Assembly: GCA_049320885.1 (NCBI GenBank)
Contig: JBMORA010000027.1
Span: 1 to 64,000 of the forward strand
Reading direction: 5' to 3'
DNA: 64,000 nt
Origin: Thermodesulfobacteriota bacterium
Lineage (GTDB): Bacteria > Desulfobacterota > Desulfobacteria > Desulfobacterales > SURF-7
A program made the translations under genes and the position numbers. The notes below the pieces were generated by a model that saw only the letters and a list, made by a program, of their open reading frames with translations, was not told the DNA's origin and made no database searches. Every line of letters begins with the position of its first letter. Positions within the stretch are counted from its first letter, which is position 1. Shown one piece after another: positions 28,258 to 37,930 of this stretch.

Positions 28258-29349
28258 ATGACTGTTTTTGCCACACCCCCGGATGCCGTCACCCCCACCG
28301 AGGCCTTGCGTTCCCTGCTGACGGGCATGCTGTCGAAAGGCCTTGCGGCTGCCGTGCTGGCCCCGGCGCGCTCGCCCCATGGGAAACTGCCCATGCCCAT
28401 GCTGATATCCAATCCGGCCGCGCTGATTCATATCGACCCGCTGGCCCCGGTGGCGCCGTTCAACAGCGCGCGCCAGGCAGCTTCGGTCACCCGCCATGCG
28501 TCCGGCAGGAGACTGGCGTTGTTTCTGCGGCCCTGCGAGATTGCCGCCTTTCGGGAATTGATCAAACTGCACCAATGCGAACCGACGGACACCCTGATCA
28601 TCAGCATGGACTGCCGGGGGCGCATGGAAAACGACACCTATCTGAAGCTGGTTGCGGAACACGGCGATCTGACCGAAGCCTTTTACCGGGACAAGAGCCT
28701 CGAGGAGCAAACCACGACCGCCTGCCGGATGTGCGAACGGTTTCAGCCCCGGGGTGCCGATCTGACGCTCTGCCTGCTCGGAGCGGACGACCGGAGGGCG
28801 GTGTGGTCCGCGGAAACCGAAGCCGGCGGCCGGCTCCTGAATGATCTCGGCCTGGTGACAACCGGACAGCCGGCCGGACGGGAAACGGCGGTGGAAGAAT
28901 TGCGCCGCCGGCGGAGCGCCTTTCGCACGGAACGGTTGGCGGCGGTGGCCGACAAGACGAAAACCATGGAGGGATTCCAGCAGCTCATCGCCGCCTGCCT
29001 GAACTGCTACAACTGCCGGACCGCCTGTCCGGTGTGTTACTGCCGGGAATGCGTCTTCCTGACGGACGTGTTCGCCCATCCCCCGGAAACCCTGTTGCAG
29101 CGGGCCGCCAAAAAGGGGATGCTCAAGTTGCCGGCGGACACCACCATGTTTCATCTGACCCGGATGGCTCATATGACCCATGCCTGCGTCGGGTGCGGGC
29201 AATGCAGCAGCGTCTGTCCCAGCCACATTCCGGTGGCGGACATTTTCCAACTGGCCGCCGCGGACGTGCAGCAACTGTTTGATTATCAACCCGGACGGAG
29301 TCTGGAGGAACCGATTCCGTACCTGGCCTATAAAAAAGAGACCCGCTGA
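28258..29349 (+). CDS. FdhB/FrhB-like 4Fe-4S protein
   Basis: RPCE, CLNCYNCRTACPVCYCREC, FHLTR..H..CVGCGQCSSVCP. Confidence 0.8.
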   Translation: MTVFATPPDAVTPTEALRSLLTGMLSKGLAAAVLAPARSPHGKLPMPMLISNPAALIHIDPLAPVAPFNSARQAASVTRHASGRRLALFLRPCEIAAFRELIKLHQCEPTDTLIISMDCRGRMENDTYLKLVAEHGDLTEAFYRDKSLEEQTTTACRMCERFQPRGADLTLCLLGADDRRAVWSAETEAGGRLLNDLGLVTTGQPAGRETAVEELRRRRSAFRTERLAAVADKTKTMEGFQQLIAACLNCYNCRTACPVCYCRECVFLTDVFAHPPETLLQRAAKKGMLKLPADTTMFHLTRMAHMTHACVGCGQCSSVCPSHIPVADIFQLAAADVQQLFDYQPGRSLEEPIPYLAYKKETR

Positions 29350-32333
29350 TGGACACCGAAGCGAAAAACATAGCGTCCGACCATGGGGGTTCCCCCATGA
29401 TCCTGGTGGCGGGCGCCGGCATCGCCGGCATCCACGCCTCCGTGGAACTGGCCGGGATGGGCCATCGGGTCCTGTTGACGGACAAAGCGCCGTTCATCGG
29501 CGGCATCCTGACCCAGCTGGACCATCAGTTTCCCGACAACCATTGCGGCATGTGCCGGATGCTGCCCATGCTGGACCGCGACGGCGGACCCCAGACCTGC
29601 ATGCGCAGGGGACTTTTCCATGAGCGGATCACCTTGATGCCCCTGACCGAAATCGTCGCTGTCGAGGGCAGTCCGGGCCGCCTGGAAGTGGAACTCCGGA
29701 CGACGCCTTCCGGCATCCTTCAGGATCGCTGCACGGGATGCGGGTCCTGTGAAGGCGTTTGCCCGGTGGAAGTGCCGGATGCATTCAATGCGGGACTTTC
29801 CCGCCGTAAAGCCGTGTACACACCCGTGCCCCATCAGGCGCCACTGTTCCGCACCATCGACTGGCAAGCCTGCACCGGCTGCGGGGCCTGCGTCGATGCC
29901 TGCCCGACGGAAGCCGTCCGGCTGGACGGAAGCGTTCGGACGACACGCCTGGATACCGTCGCTGCGGTCCTGCTGACCGAGGGGGCGACGCTTTTCGATC
30001 CCCGTGACACCGACCTGTATGGTTTCGGCCGGCTCGCCAACGTGGTCACGGCCTCCGGCTTGGAGCGCATCATGAGCGGCAGCGGGCCTTTTCAGGGGCG
30101 ACTGCTGCGGCCTTCCGACCAGGCCCCCGCCCGCCGGATCGCCTGGATCCAGTGCGTCGGCTCCCGGAACCTTGCCAAGGGGGCCGATTACTGCTCCAAT
30201 ATCTGCTGTATGTTCGCCTTAAAGGAAGCCCTGCTGGCCAAGGAAAAGATGGGAGCTACGGGTGACGCGGCCATATTTTACATGGATCTGCGGTCCTTCG
30301 GCCGGGATTATCAGCGGTATCGCGACCGGGTGGAAAAAGCCGGCGTGCGCCTGATCCGCTGCCGCATCCACAGCCTCCAGCCCCATGCCGACACGGACGA
30401 CATCACCGTGAGCTACGTGGATGATCAAGGACGGCTGCAGGACGAAATCTTTGACCTGGCAGTGCTTTCCACCGGTAAAAGCAGCGGCCGGGCGCACCCG
30501 GACTGGAGCCGGAAGGAAGGCGTCATCAGGCTTCACGATATCCCGGAAATCACCGATATCGGCGAGACGGTGATCCGTTCCGGGGCCGCCGGCGGGGAAA
30601 TCCTGACCCTGCTCAAACGCAGCGGGCTCCCCCGCCCGTCACCGGACTCCAAGGCCCCGCCCAAAGAGGAAACAGCGGAGCAAAAGCCCCGCCTCCTGAT
30701 CGTCATCCTGGGTTCCGGTGCCGGAACCGCCGCCGCAAACCGGGAAAACCTGGAACAGCACCTGCGGCCCCGGCTGCATTCCACGGATATCCTCTTTCTG
30801 GATTCCCCTGGCGATCTGGCCCGGGCGGCGGCGAAAGCAGCGGATATCCAGGCCAACCGGTTGCTGCTGGCCGGACCCTATTCGGCCCTCGCCATGCGGC
30901 CTTTGCTGGAAGAACTGGAAATCCAGACCGGTCTCCCGCGGATGTACCTGGACGCGGCGGATCTGGGGCGGCCAGACGTCCCGGCGGAAGGAAACAATCA
31001 GCGGCTTCAGGCGGCAGCCATGAAAATCGTCATGGCGGCCGGCCAATTGCTGTTCCGCCTGCCAGCCGTGAACCGGTTGCGGCCCGTGAACCGGACAGCC
31101 CTGGTGGTGGGCGGTGGTCCGGCGGGGCTGGCCGCGGCCCTGGCACTGGCCCAAAACGATGTGCCGGTGACCCTGGTGGAAAAGGAAGCTGCTCCGGGCG
31201 GCAACCTGGCAAATATTCTGGATCCGGAAATCCGCGCCCCCCTTGAAAAACTCGTGAACGATGTGATGACTCACCCCCTTGTATCGGTTCACTGCCGGAG
31301 CGAAATCCGGGGAAGTTTCGGCCGTCCGGGTCAGTTCACCACCCGGTTCGCGCTGCCGTCCGGCGAGGAACGCTCCGTATTTCACGGGGTTTGCATTCTG
31401 GCCACCGGCGGCGGCAGCGCCTCCACCGCGGCCTATGCCAGGGGAGAACACGACCGCATCGTGACGGTGTATGAATTTGAAAACCTGCTCTACGGTTCTT
31501 CGTCCCCCCTGGCGACGACAGCGGCCAAGCGACTGGTCATGATCCAGTGCGTCGATTCCCGGGAGGAACCCCGCAATTATTGCAGCCGGATCTGCTGTCT
31601 GAAATCCCTCAAAACCGCTTTGCGCTTCAAACAGGTTCAACCCCGGGCGGAAGTGATCGTTTTCTATCGGGACATGATGACCTACGGCGAAAGCGAGACC
31701 GTCTACACCGAGGCCCGGCGACAGGGGATACGGTTCATCCCCTTCGATCCGGGGAAAAAACCGCTGGTGCGCATCGACGACGGGACCTTGACGGTGGAGG
31801 GCTTCGACCCCATCCTGGGCGAACCGGTGCATCTTGAATCGGACTGGATCGTACTGGCCGCCGGTCTGATTCCTCATCCGGACCGGCGTCTCGGCGATCT
31901 TTTTCAGTTGACGTTCACGCAGGACGGCTTTGTCCAGGAGGCCGACAGCAAATGGCGTCCCCTGGACACCGGACGAGAAGGCGTTTTTATTTGCGGGCTT
32001 GCAAGGGGTCCTGTGCGGGCGGATGAGGCTCTGCGGGAAGGACGGGCCGCGGCCATGCGGGCCATGCGCTTGCTGTGCCGCGATACATTGCGGGAATCCG
32101 TCGTGACGGCCCGGGTCCGCCCGGCCCTGTGTTCCGCCTGCGAGGCATGCATCCCGGTTTGCGCCTATCACGCCCGCTATGTGGACAAGAATGCGGGGCA
32201 TGTGATGGTGGACCCGGCCGCCTGTCAGGGCTGCGGGGCCTGCGCGGCCGTCTGTCCCAACAATGCTGCCGTCCTGGGCGGCCTGGAAACCAGGGGAATC
32301 ATGGAAGCGATCGGGGCGGCGTTGGAAACGTGA
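29349..32333 (+). CDS. Second HdrA-like flavoprotein (two FAD-binding halves)
   Basis: GAGIAG, QFPDNHCGMC, QCVGSR, CSNICCM; second half GGGPAG, CSRICC; terminal ferredoxin. Confidence 0.85.
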   Translation: MDTEAKNIASDHGGSPMILVAGAGIAGIHASVELAGMGHRVLLTDKAPFIGGILTQLDHQFPDNHCGMCRMLPMLDRDGGPQTCMRRGLFHERITLMPLTEIVAVEGSPGRLEVELRTTPSGILQDRCTGCGSCEGVCPVEVPDAFNAGLSRRKAVYTPVPHQAPLFRTIDWQACTGCGACVDACPTEAVRLDGSVRTTRLDTVAAVLLTEGATLFDPRDTDLYGFGRLANVVTASGLERIMSGSGPFQGRLLRPSDQAPARRIAWIQCVGSRNLAKGADYCSNICCMFALKEALLAKEKMGATGDAAIFYMDLRSFGRDYQRYRDRVEKAGVRLIRCRIHSLQPHADTDDITVSYVDDQGRLQDEIFDLAVLSTGKSSGRAHPDWSRKEGVIRLHDIPEITDIGETVIRSGAAGGEILTLLKRSGLPRPSPDSKAPPKEETAEQKPRLLIVILGSGAGTAAANRENLEQHLRPRLHSTDILFLDSPGDLARAAAKAADIQANRLLLAGPYSALAMRPLLEELEIQTGLPRMYLDAADLGRPDVPAEGNNQRLQAAAMKIVMAAGQLLFRLPAVNRLRPVNRTALVVGGGPAGLAAALALAQNDVPVTLVEKEAAPGGNLANILDPEIRAPLEKLVNDVMTHPLVSVHCRSEIRGSFGRPGQFTTRFALPSGEERSVFHGVCILATGGGSASTAAYARGEHDRIVTVYEFENLLYGSSSPLATTAAKRLVMIQCVDSREEPRNYCSRICCLKSLKTALRFKQVQPRAEVIVFYRDMMTYGESETVYTEARRQGIRFIPFDPGKKPLVRIDDGTLTVEGFDPILGEPVHLESDWIVLAAGLIPHPDRRLGDLFQLTFTQDGFVQEADSKWRPLDTGREGVFICGLARGPVRADEALREGRAAAMRAMRLLCRDTLRESVVTARVRPALCSACEACIPVCAYHARYVDKNAGHVMVDPAACQGCGACAAVCPNNAAVLGGLETRGIMEAIGAALET

Positions 32334-32339
32334 TGGGAA

Positions 32340-32370
32340 AATTACGAATTAGGAATTACGAATTACGAAT
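32340..32370 (+). repeat. AATTACG heptamer tandem element, copy 3
   Basis: AATTACG AATTAGG AATTACG AATTACG AAT. Confidence 0.85.
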
Positions 32371-32433
32371 GGTGGATGGGGAGCATTCATTATATAAAAA
32401 ATCGGCCCACTGCCAAGTGTGGGAATAATCCGG

Positions 32434-33660
32434 ATGGGAACAACTGAAATGGAAGGTATCAAAGAAACGGCCCCGCTGCGGCCGGGGGGCTTCACGCCGT
32501 CGCTGTGCATGGCCTGCGGGACCTGCGCCGCAGGATGTCCCATCACCGGCAGGGAAGGATTCGACCCCAGAAAAATCGTGCGGCTGGTGCTGCTGGGGCG
32601 GGATCGGGAACTGGTGGACTCGGATCTGCCGTGGCTCTGCACCATGTGCGGCAAATGCGAGCATGCCTGCCCCATGGGGGTGAATATCGTCCATATCGTG
32701 CGCCGGGCCAGGGGGCTGAGGGATCGCGACAAGGTCCCGGGTCAAATTCACAAAGGGGTGGAATTGTGCCTGAAAACCGGCAACAACCTCGGGCTGCCGG
32801 CGGAGGATTTCCAGTTCATCATCGGCGACGTGGCCGACGAACTGGCCGGGGAGGAAGGCTTCGAGGGATTTTCCATCACCTTCGACAAACAGGGCGCCAA
32901 CCTGCTCCACACCCTGCACAACAAACTGGTCAATACGCAAAACGAGGATCTGGTGCACTGGTGGAAGATTTTCCACGCCGCCGGCGAGGATTTTACCATT
33001 CCCAGCGAGAACTGGGAAGGGGTCAACTGGGGGCTGTTTTCCGGCGACGACGAGGCCATGAAAACCATCGTGGGCCGGATCGTCGCGCACATGGACCGGC
33101 TCCAAATCCGAAACCTCATGTATCCGGAATGAGGGCACGCCTACCTGGCGACCCGGTACGGGTTGCTGACTTGGTATCCGGACTTTTTCGACCGTCACCA
33201 GGCCTTGACGGTTTTCGATCTGCTGACGGACTATCTGGGTTCCGGCCGCATCCGGGTGGATAAAAGCGTCTACTGCGGGCGGGCCGCGTATCACGATCCC
33301 TGCAATTATTGCCGCAAGTCCGAGGAACTCTTCGGCCATGGTTACTACGAGGAACCCCGCCGGATTCTCGATCAGGTCCTGACGGACTGGGTCGACCTGT
33401 ATCCTTCAGGGGCCAATCAGTACTGCTGCGGCGGCGGGGGAGGAACCCTACTGACCCCGTTCCAGGAAACCCGGATGCATTACGGCCGTCGGAAAATAGA
33501 GCAGATCCGGCGCAGCGGGGCCGAAATGATCGTGCTTCCCTGCCACAGCTGTCACGGCCAGATCAAGGCCCTGCTGGCCGAGCACGGCATGGCGGATATC
33601 GCGGTCAAGTATTTATGGGAAGTTGTGGCCGACAGCCTTGTGATGGAGGAAAATGCCTGA
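32434..33660 (+). CDS. HdrD/GlpC-like Fe-S oxidoreductase, probable selenoprotein (in-frame TGA at 33130-33132)
   Basis: ORFs 32419-33132 and 33163-33660 share a frame; readthrough gives YPE-U-GHAY (PECGH-type motif), then YHDPC, CCGGGG, CHSC; start uncertain (32419/32434/32449). Confidence 0.85.
33148..33166 (+). promoter_or_regulatory. Candidate bacterial SECIS hairpin
   Basis: GCGACCCG-GTA-CGGGTTGC, 8-bp stem with one G-U pair and G-first loop, 15 nt after the TGA. Confidence 0.6.
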
Positions 33661-35059
33661 CACCCACCCCAAAAAGATCAAACCAGCCGTCGAACGGCGA
33701 AGAACCGCGGATTCCACGGCCATCATCCTGGAAAGCATTTCCGACGGCGTTTTCACCGTGGACGGCGACTGGCGAATCATGACGTTCAACCGGGCCGCGG
33801 AGGAAATCACCGGCACTCCCCGGGAAGAGGCTGTCGGCAAACTCTGCTCCGAGGTATTCCGGGCCAGCATGTGCGAAGAGGACTGCGCGTTGAAGCGCAC
33901 CATGGAGACCGGCGTCCCGGTGATCAACAAGTCGGCCTTCATCGTCGATGCGGACGGGCGCCGCATCCCCATCAGCGTATCCACGGCGCTGTTGCGCAAT
34001 GCGGGCGGGGAAATCCTGGGCGGGGCCGAGACCTTCCGCGATCTCAGTATCGTGGAAGAGCTTCGCAAGGAGCTGAAGGGCCGGTTTCAGGCTGGTGATC
34101 TGGTCAGCCGCAGCATTTCCATGCGCCGGTTGTTCGACCTCCTGCCCATGCTGGCGGCCAGCGACAGCACGGTCCTGATTCAGGGTGAAACCGGCACCGG
34201 CAAGGAGTTTGTGGCCCGGACCATCCACAACCAGGGGCCGAGACGCGACAAACCGTTTATCGCGGTGAACTGCGGGGCCCTGCCGGATACCCTCCTGGAG
34301 TCGGAATTGTTCGGATACAAGGCCGGGGCGTTTACCGGCGCGGCCAAGGACAAGCCCGGCCGCTTTCAGGTCGCGGCAGGGGGCACGCTGTTTCTGGATG
34401 AAATTGGTGAAATCAGTCCGGCTCTTCAGGTGCGCCTGTTGCGCGTACTCCAGGAAAAAACCTTCGAACCCCTGGGGGGGAACACACCGGTGAATGCGGA
34501 TGTCCGCATCATCGCCGCCACCCACCAGGATTTGGCGTCCCGGGTCAAGAAGGGCACCTTCCGTCAGGACTTGTTTTACCGGATCAATGTCGTGAAACTG
34601 GATTTGCCGCCCCTGCGGAAACGCAGGGAGGACATCCCCCTGTTGATCGAGCATTTCATCGCGCGTTTCAACCGGCTGCAAAACAAAGCCGTGGAAGGGA
34701 TATCTCCGGAGGTAACTTCCCTGCTGATGGCCTATGACTATCCCGGCAACATCCGTGAACTCGAGAACCTCATCGAACACGCGTTTATCCTGTGCGGCGA
34801 AGGTGTTATCGAAACCTGCCACTTCCCGGAAGAATTCATGACGCGATCGCCGCAGCAGAAAACAGTCACCAATATGGACGGCGCCTTGAAGGCCGTGGAA
34901 GCCCAGACGATACTGGAAGCGCTGAAACGAAACCGGTATAATCGGTTGGCCGCGGCAAAGGAACTCGGCATTCACAAGAGCACCCTTTTCCGGAAGGTAA
35001 AGTCCCTGGGCATCGGGCTTCCATCCCAGGATGGCCGTTCCTCGCGGAGGAACGGCTGA
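33653..35059 (+). CDS. PAS-domain sigma54-dependent transcriptional activator (Fis-type HTH)
   Basis: PAS; GETGTGKE, ESELFG..GAFTGA, LFLDEIGE, YPGNIREL, C-terminal HTH. Confidence 0.93.
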   Translation: MPDTHPKKIKPAVERRRTADSTAIILESISDGVFTVDGDWRIMTFNRAAEEITGTPREEAVGKLCSEVFRASMCEEDCALKRTMETGVPVINKSAFIVDADGRRIPISVSTALLRNAGGEILGGAETFRDLSIVEELRKELKGRFQAGDLVSRSISMRRLFDLLPMLAASDSTVLIQGETGTGKEFVARTIHNQGPRRDKPFIAVNCGALPDTLLESELFGYKAGAFTGAAKDKPGRFQVAAGGTLFLDEIGEISPALQVRLLRVLQEKTFEPLGGNTPVNADVRIIAATHQDLASRVKKGTFRQDLFYRINVVKLDLPPLRKRREDIPLLIEHFIARFNRLQNKAVEGISPEVTSLLMAYDYPGNIRELENLIEHAFILCGEGVIETCHFPEEFMTRSPQQKTVTNMDGALKAVEAQTILEALKRNRYNRLAAAKELGIHKSTLFRKVKSLGIGLPSQDGRSSRRNG

Positions 35060-35144
35060 GGAAAGCCATGATCCGGGGGAACTTCCCCCGGTTTTTGCAG
35101 GCATCGCCAACAACCATGAATTACAAACAAAAAGGATTCGAAAC

Positions 35145-35525
35145 ATGAAGATTGCATTCCCCGTGGAGACCGATAACGGGATGGAAAGTATCGTCTACGG
35201 GCATTTTGGAACCGCCCGTTTTTTTATTCTGATTGACCCGGACAAGCCGGAGCCCGAAGTGCTGCCCAACCAGGACCTGAACCATTCCCATGGGAAATGT
35301 CAACCGATCCTCGCCCTGGGGGGAAGAAAGGTGGACGCCGTGGTGGTGGGCGGCATTGGCGGCGGGGCGTTGCGCAAATTGAGCCAGGAAGGCATCACCG
35401 TTTTCCGGGCCGTGGAGGGAACGGTGGCCGACAACCTGGCCCTGATCCGATCGGGAAAGCTGCCCCGATTCTCCATGGACCAGACCTGCGCCGGACACAC
35501 CACCATCGGCGGATGCAGTCACTGA
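35145..35525 (+). CDS. NifB/NifX-family (FeMo-cofactor-binding fold) protein
   Basis: MKIAFPV...HFGTARFF...GGIGGGA. Confidence 0.82.
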   Translation: MKIAFPVETDNGMESIVYGHFGTARFFILIDPDKPEPEVLPNQDLNHSHGKCQPILALGGRKVDAVVVGGIGGGALRKLSQEGITVFRAVEGTVADNLALIRSGKLPRFSMDQTCAGHTTIGGCSH

Positions 35526-35754
35526 TCAGTACCACCCATCGACGCTCCACACCCCTCGAGGCCGGGGTCGACAGGGTCGCGCAAATGCACCGTCAGCGAA
35601 GGGCTACCGTGGCATTGGGACGATTTTCCCGTTGCTCTTTCCAGCGGCAGGGAGGCCTCGGTCTCTCCGGACCGCCATTCACGGGGCCGCTGGAACGGCC
35701 ATTGGTATGAATCAACGGCGAGCCCATGATATTCCGGTTGTTTCCGGTGGATTC

Positions 35755-35769
35755 TGGCATGCTTCCTGC
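35755..35769 (+). promoter_or_regulatory. sigma54 -24/-12 promoter
   Basis: TGGCAT-GCTTC-CTGC. Confidence 0.5.
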
Positions 35770-35796
35770 GCTACTGAATGTCGGAGGTCATGGGTA

Positions 35797-36176
35797 TGCG
35801 AATAGCCATCACGTTCTTGAATGAGCGGATTTCACCGGTTTTCGATGTCGCCCGCAATCTGCTGGTGCTGGATATGCAGGAAGGCGCGGTTGTCAGCGAA
35901 CGGCGTGAACGCTTTGTCAGCGACCAGCCGCCCCGGAAAGCCGCCCTCCTTGCCGCGCTGGAGGTCCGGACCCTGATCTGCGGGGCCATTTCTAAGCCCA
36001 TGGCCGGATTGATCGGGACTTACGGCATTGCCATCATTCCCTTCATTGCCGGTAACGTGCAGGAAGTCATCGACGCCTACCTCTCCGGCAGACTGCCCGA
36101 TGCGGCGTTCGCCATGCCGGGATGCAGCCGGCCCAGACGCATGCACCGGGGAAGACGGCGGCAGAGGGCGCTGTAA
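35797..36176 (+). CDS. NifB/NifX-family protein
   Basis: MRIAI...RISPVFDVA...LICGAIS...MPGC plus basic tail; GGAGG RBS; start could be 35790-35797 region. Confidence 0.78.
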
Positions 36177-36186
36177 TGGAAAACCG

Positions 36187-37686
36187 CTATTTCAACAATT
36201 CGATTTCACCGGGTCTCCAGGTCCTGTCAAACCAGGGTTCGAGGGGCTGATAGAGTCTCAGGATCAGCCAGAAGCCCTTTCCGGGAATGGTCTTGATCCA
36301 GTTTTTTTTCTTGTTTTTCGGCGCCTTGGGTCCGAAATAGATGTTGATGGAGCCGTCCTTGGCGGTCATCGGCGGGGCAGGCAGGCTGCTCACGCCGGGA
36401 AACGCCTGGCTTGTCTGCAGCATGCTGCGGGTCTGGGGATCGTAGGCGACGACGGACCAGTGCCCCTTCACCGGAACGGACGGCGGGAGCGTCAGCTTGT
36501 ATTTTTTGCCTCCGTCCAGATAATTCCCCTCCGAATCCAGCGAATTGACGGCCCGCTGCCAGCCTTTGCCAACGGTCTTTTCAGCCATGACCGGGGTGAT
36601 GAAATTGTGTCCGTAGTGAAACAGCGTGCGGGCATCCAGATCCCGTACGCCGTTGCGCAGGAATTCGTGGCTGTCGCCGATGAAATACTTCGCCCAGGTG
36701 GATTCTCCCGGATAGAGCCAGGCTTCGCTGTCCCTGGGGCGGAATATAATGGTCCGGGCCGTGGCGTTGCCCACCGCCACGGCTTCCTCCAGGATACGCT
36801 GCATGCGTTCATCCGGATTGAACGGAAATCCTTTTTTGATCCCGATGGCGGCCAAAAGTCCCAGCAGTTCCGGATCAAGGGAACCGGGCGGCTCCTCCTG
36901 GACGATGGCGTTGACTTCCGCATAAAACCCGATGTCGTTGGCATGCACGGTGTTGACGGTTTTGCCGGAGCCGTTCACAAAACGGGTTTTGGTTGCCTCC
37001 CCCCCCTTGGCCAGTTCATGGATTTTCATTTTTTTACGGAAATTCTGAACCACCGGTTTGAGTTTCCCGTTCTTCGGAAACCCCTGAATCAAGAGACAGA
37101 CGCCATGGGTCCGGGCACGGACCGTGAAATAGCCGGCGGGCGGCTTGGCCTTGTAATCGGGCGGCAGAATCACATATTTCCCGCCCTTGCCCTTATCCGG
37201 ACCGAAGTCGCCGATATCCGTGACATGGCGCGACCAGGCGTCGTTGAGGACGCCGACCGTATTGGGCGGGGATGAAAGCACCATGGGGCCTTTCCGGAGG
37301 TCGAGCCACGCCAGAGCGGTGACGGTCTCCGGATTTGCCCCGAGGAGAATCGTATTCGGGTGAATCCGGTTTTCGAACAACAGAACCTGTCCGTCTTCGG
37401 CTCCGGCTTGGCGGATGCCCTTGTGCAAGGCGGCCAGGGATGCTCCCTGGCAGGTGTTCAGGAATACTTCCACTCCGCGCATGAAATCCAGGTTTTCATA
37501 CACTTTTCTGGCGGTTTCCTGGGAGGGGAAACCGTCGTTGAACTCCAGTTTGCCGATCCGGGTTTTGACCTTTTCGGGGGTCTGGATCGACTGCGGGATC
37601 TCGGTCAGGGCCTGTCCGGTAAAAAAGAGCAGCAGGATCACGGCGAGCGCCGCCGCCCAGCTTCTAATTCTGGTTCGTGTTGCCAC
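36187..37686 (-). CDS. Exported DUF1254/DUF1214 family protein
   Basis: Signal peptide; GPDKGKGGKY, LDARTLF, WSVVAYD, FGPKAP, NWIKT, LRLYQP; GTG start inferred. Confidence 0.82.
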   Translation of the reverse strand: MATRTRIRSWAAALAVILLLFFTGQALTEIPQSIQTPEKVKTRIGKLEFNDGFPSQETARKVYENLDFMRGVEVFLNTCQGASLAALHKGIRQAGAEDGQVLLFENRIHPNTILLGANPETVTALAWLDLRKGPMVLSSPPNTVGVLNDAWSRHVTDIGDFGPDKGKGGKYVILPPDYKAKPPAGYFTVRARTHGVCLLIQGFPKNGKLKPVVQNFRKKMKIHELAKGGEATKTRFVNGSGKTVNTVHANDIGFYAEVNAIVQEEPPGSLDPELLGLLAAIGIKKGFPFNPDERMQRILEEAVAVGNATARTIIFRPRDSEAWLYPGESTWAKYFIGDSHEFLRNGVRDLDARTLFHYGHNFITPVMAEKTVGKGWQRAVNSLDSEGNYLDGGKKYKLTLPPSVPVKGHWSVVAYDPQTRSMLQTSQAFPGVSSLPAPPMTAKDGSINIYFGPKAPKNKKKNWIKTIPGKGFWLILRLYQPLEPWFDRTWRPGEIELLK

Positions 37687-37930
37687 GGGGTCTATCCCTT
37701 TTCGGTTCGGTTTCGCAGGATGCGCCATCCGTCCGGAAGGCATTTCCAAACCCGGCGCATCAACCTGAGCCTCATACCACAATACAGCGAGATCTTCAAA
37801 TAATACTGTGATGATCCAACGAAACCTTTGACAGATCATGGATATCGTGCAAATATAATAGAATCCAAAATGATATCAGAGAGGTAAACACTTGCAGACA
37901 CGCGAACACACCATCGGCTGGAGGAAACGG

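Noticed and set aside
33130..33132. Nonsense mutation making a pseudogene
   Set aside because: The single TGA falls at a Cys-motif position with a downstream hairpin and selB present; Sec recoding is more parsimonious.
35145..36176. Nitrogen fixation genes
   Set aside because: Only stand-alone NifB/NifX-fold proteins; no nifHDK or nifEN in the window.
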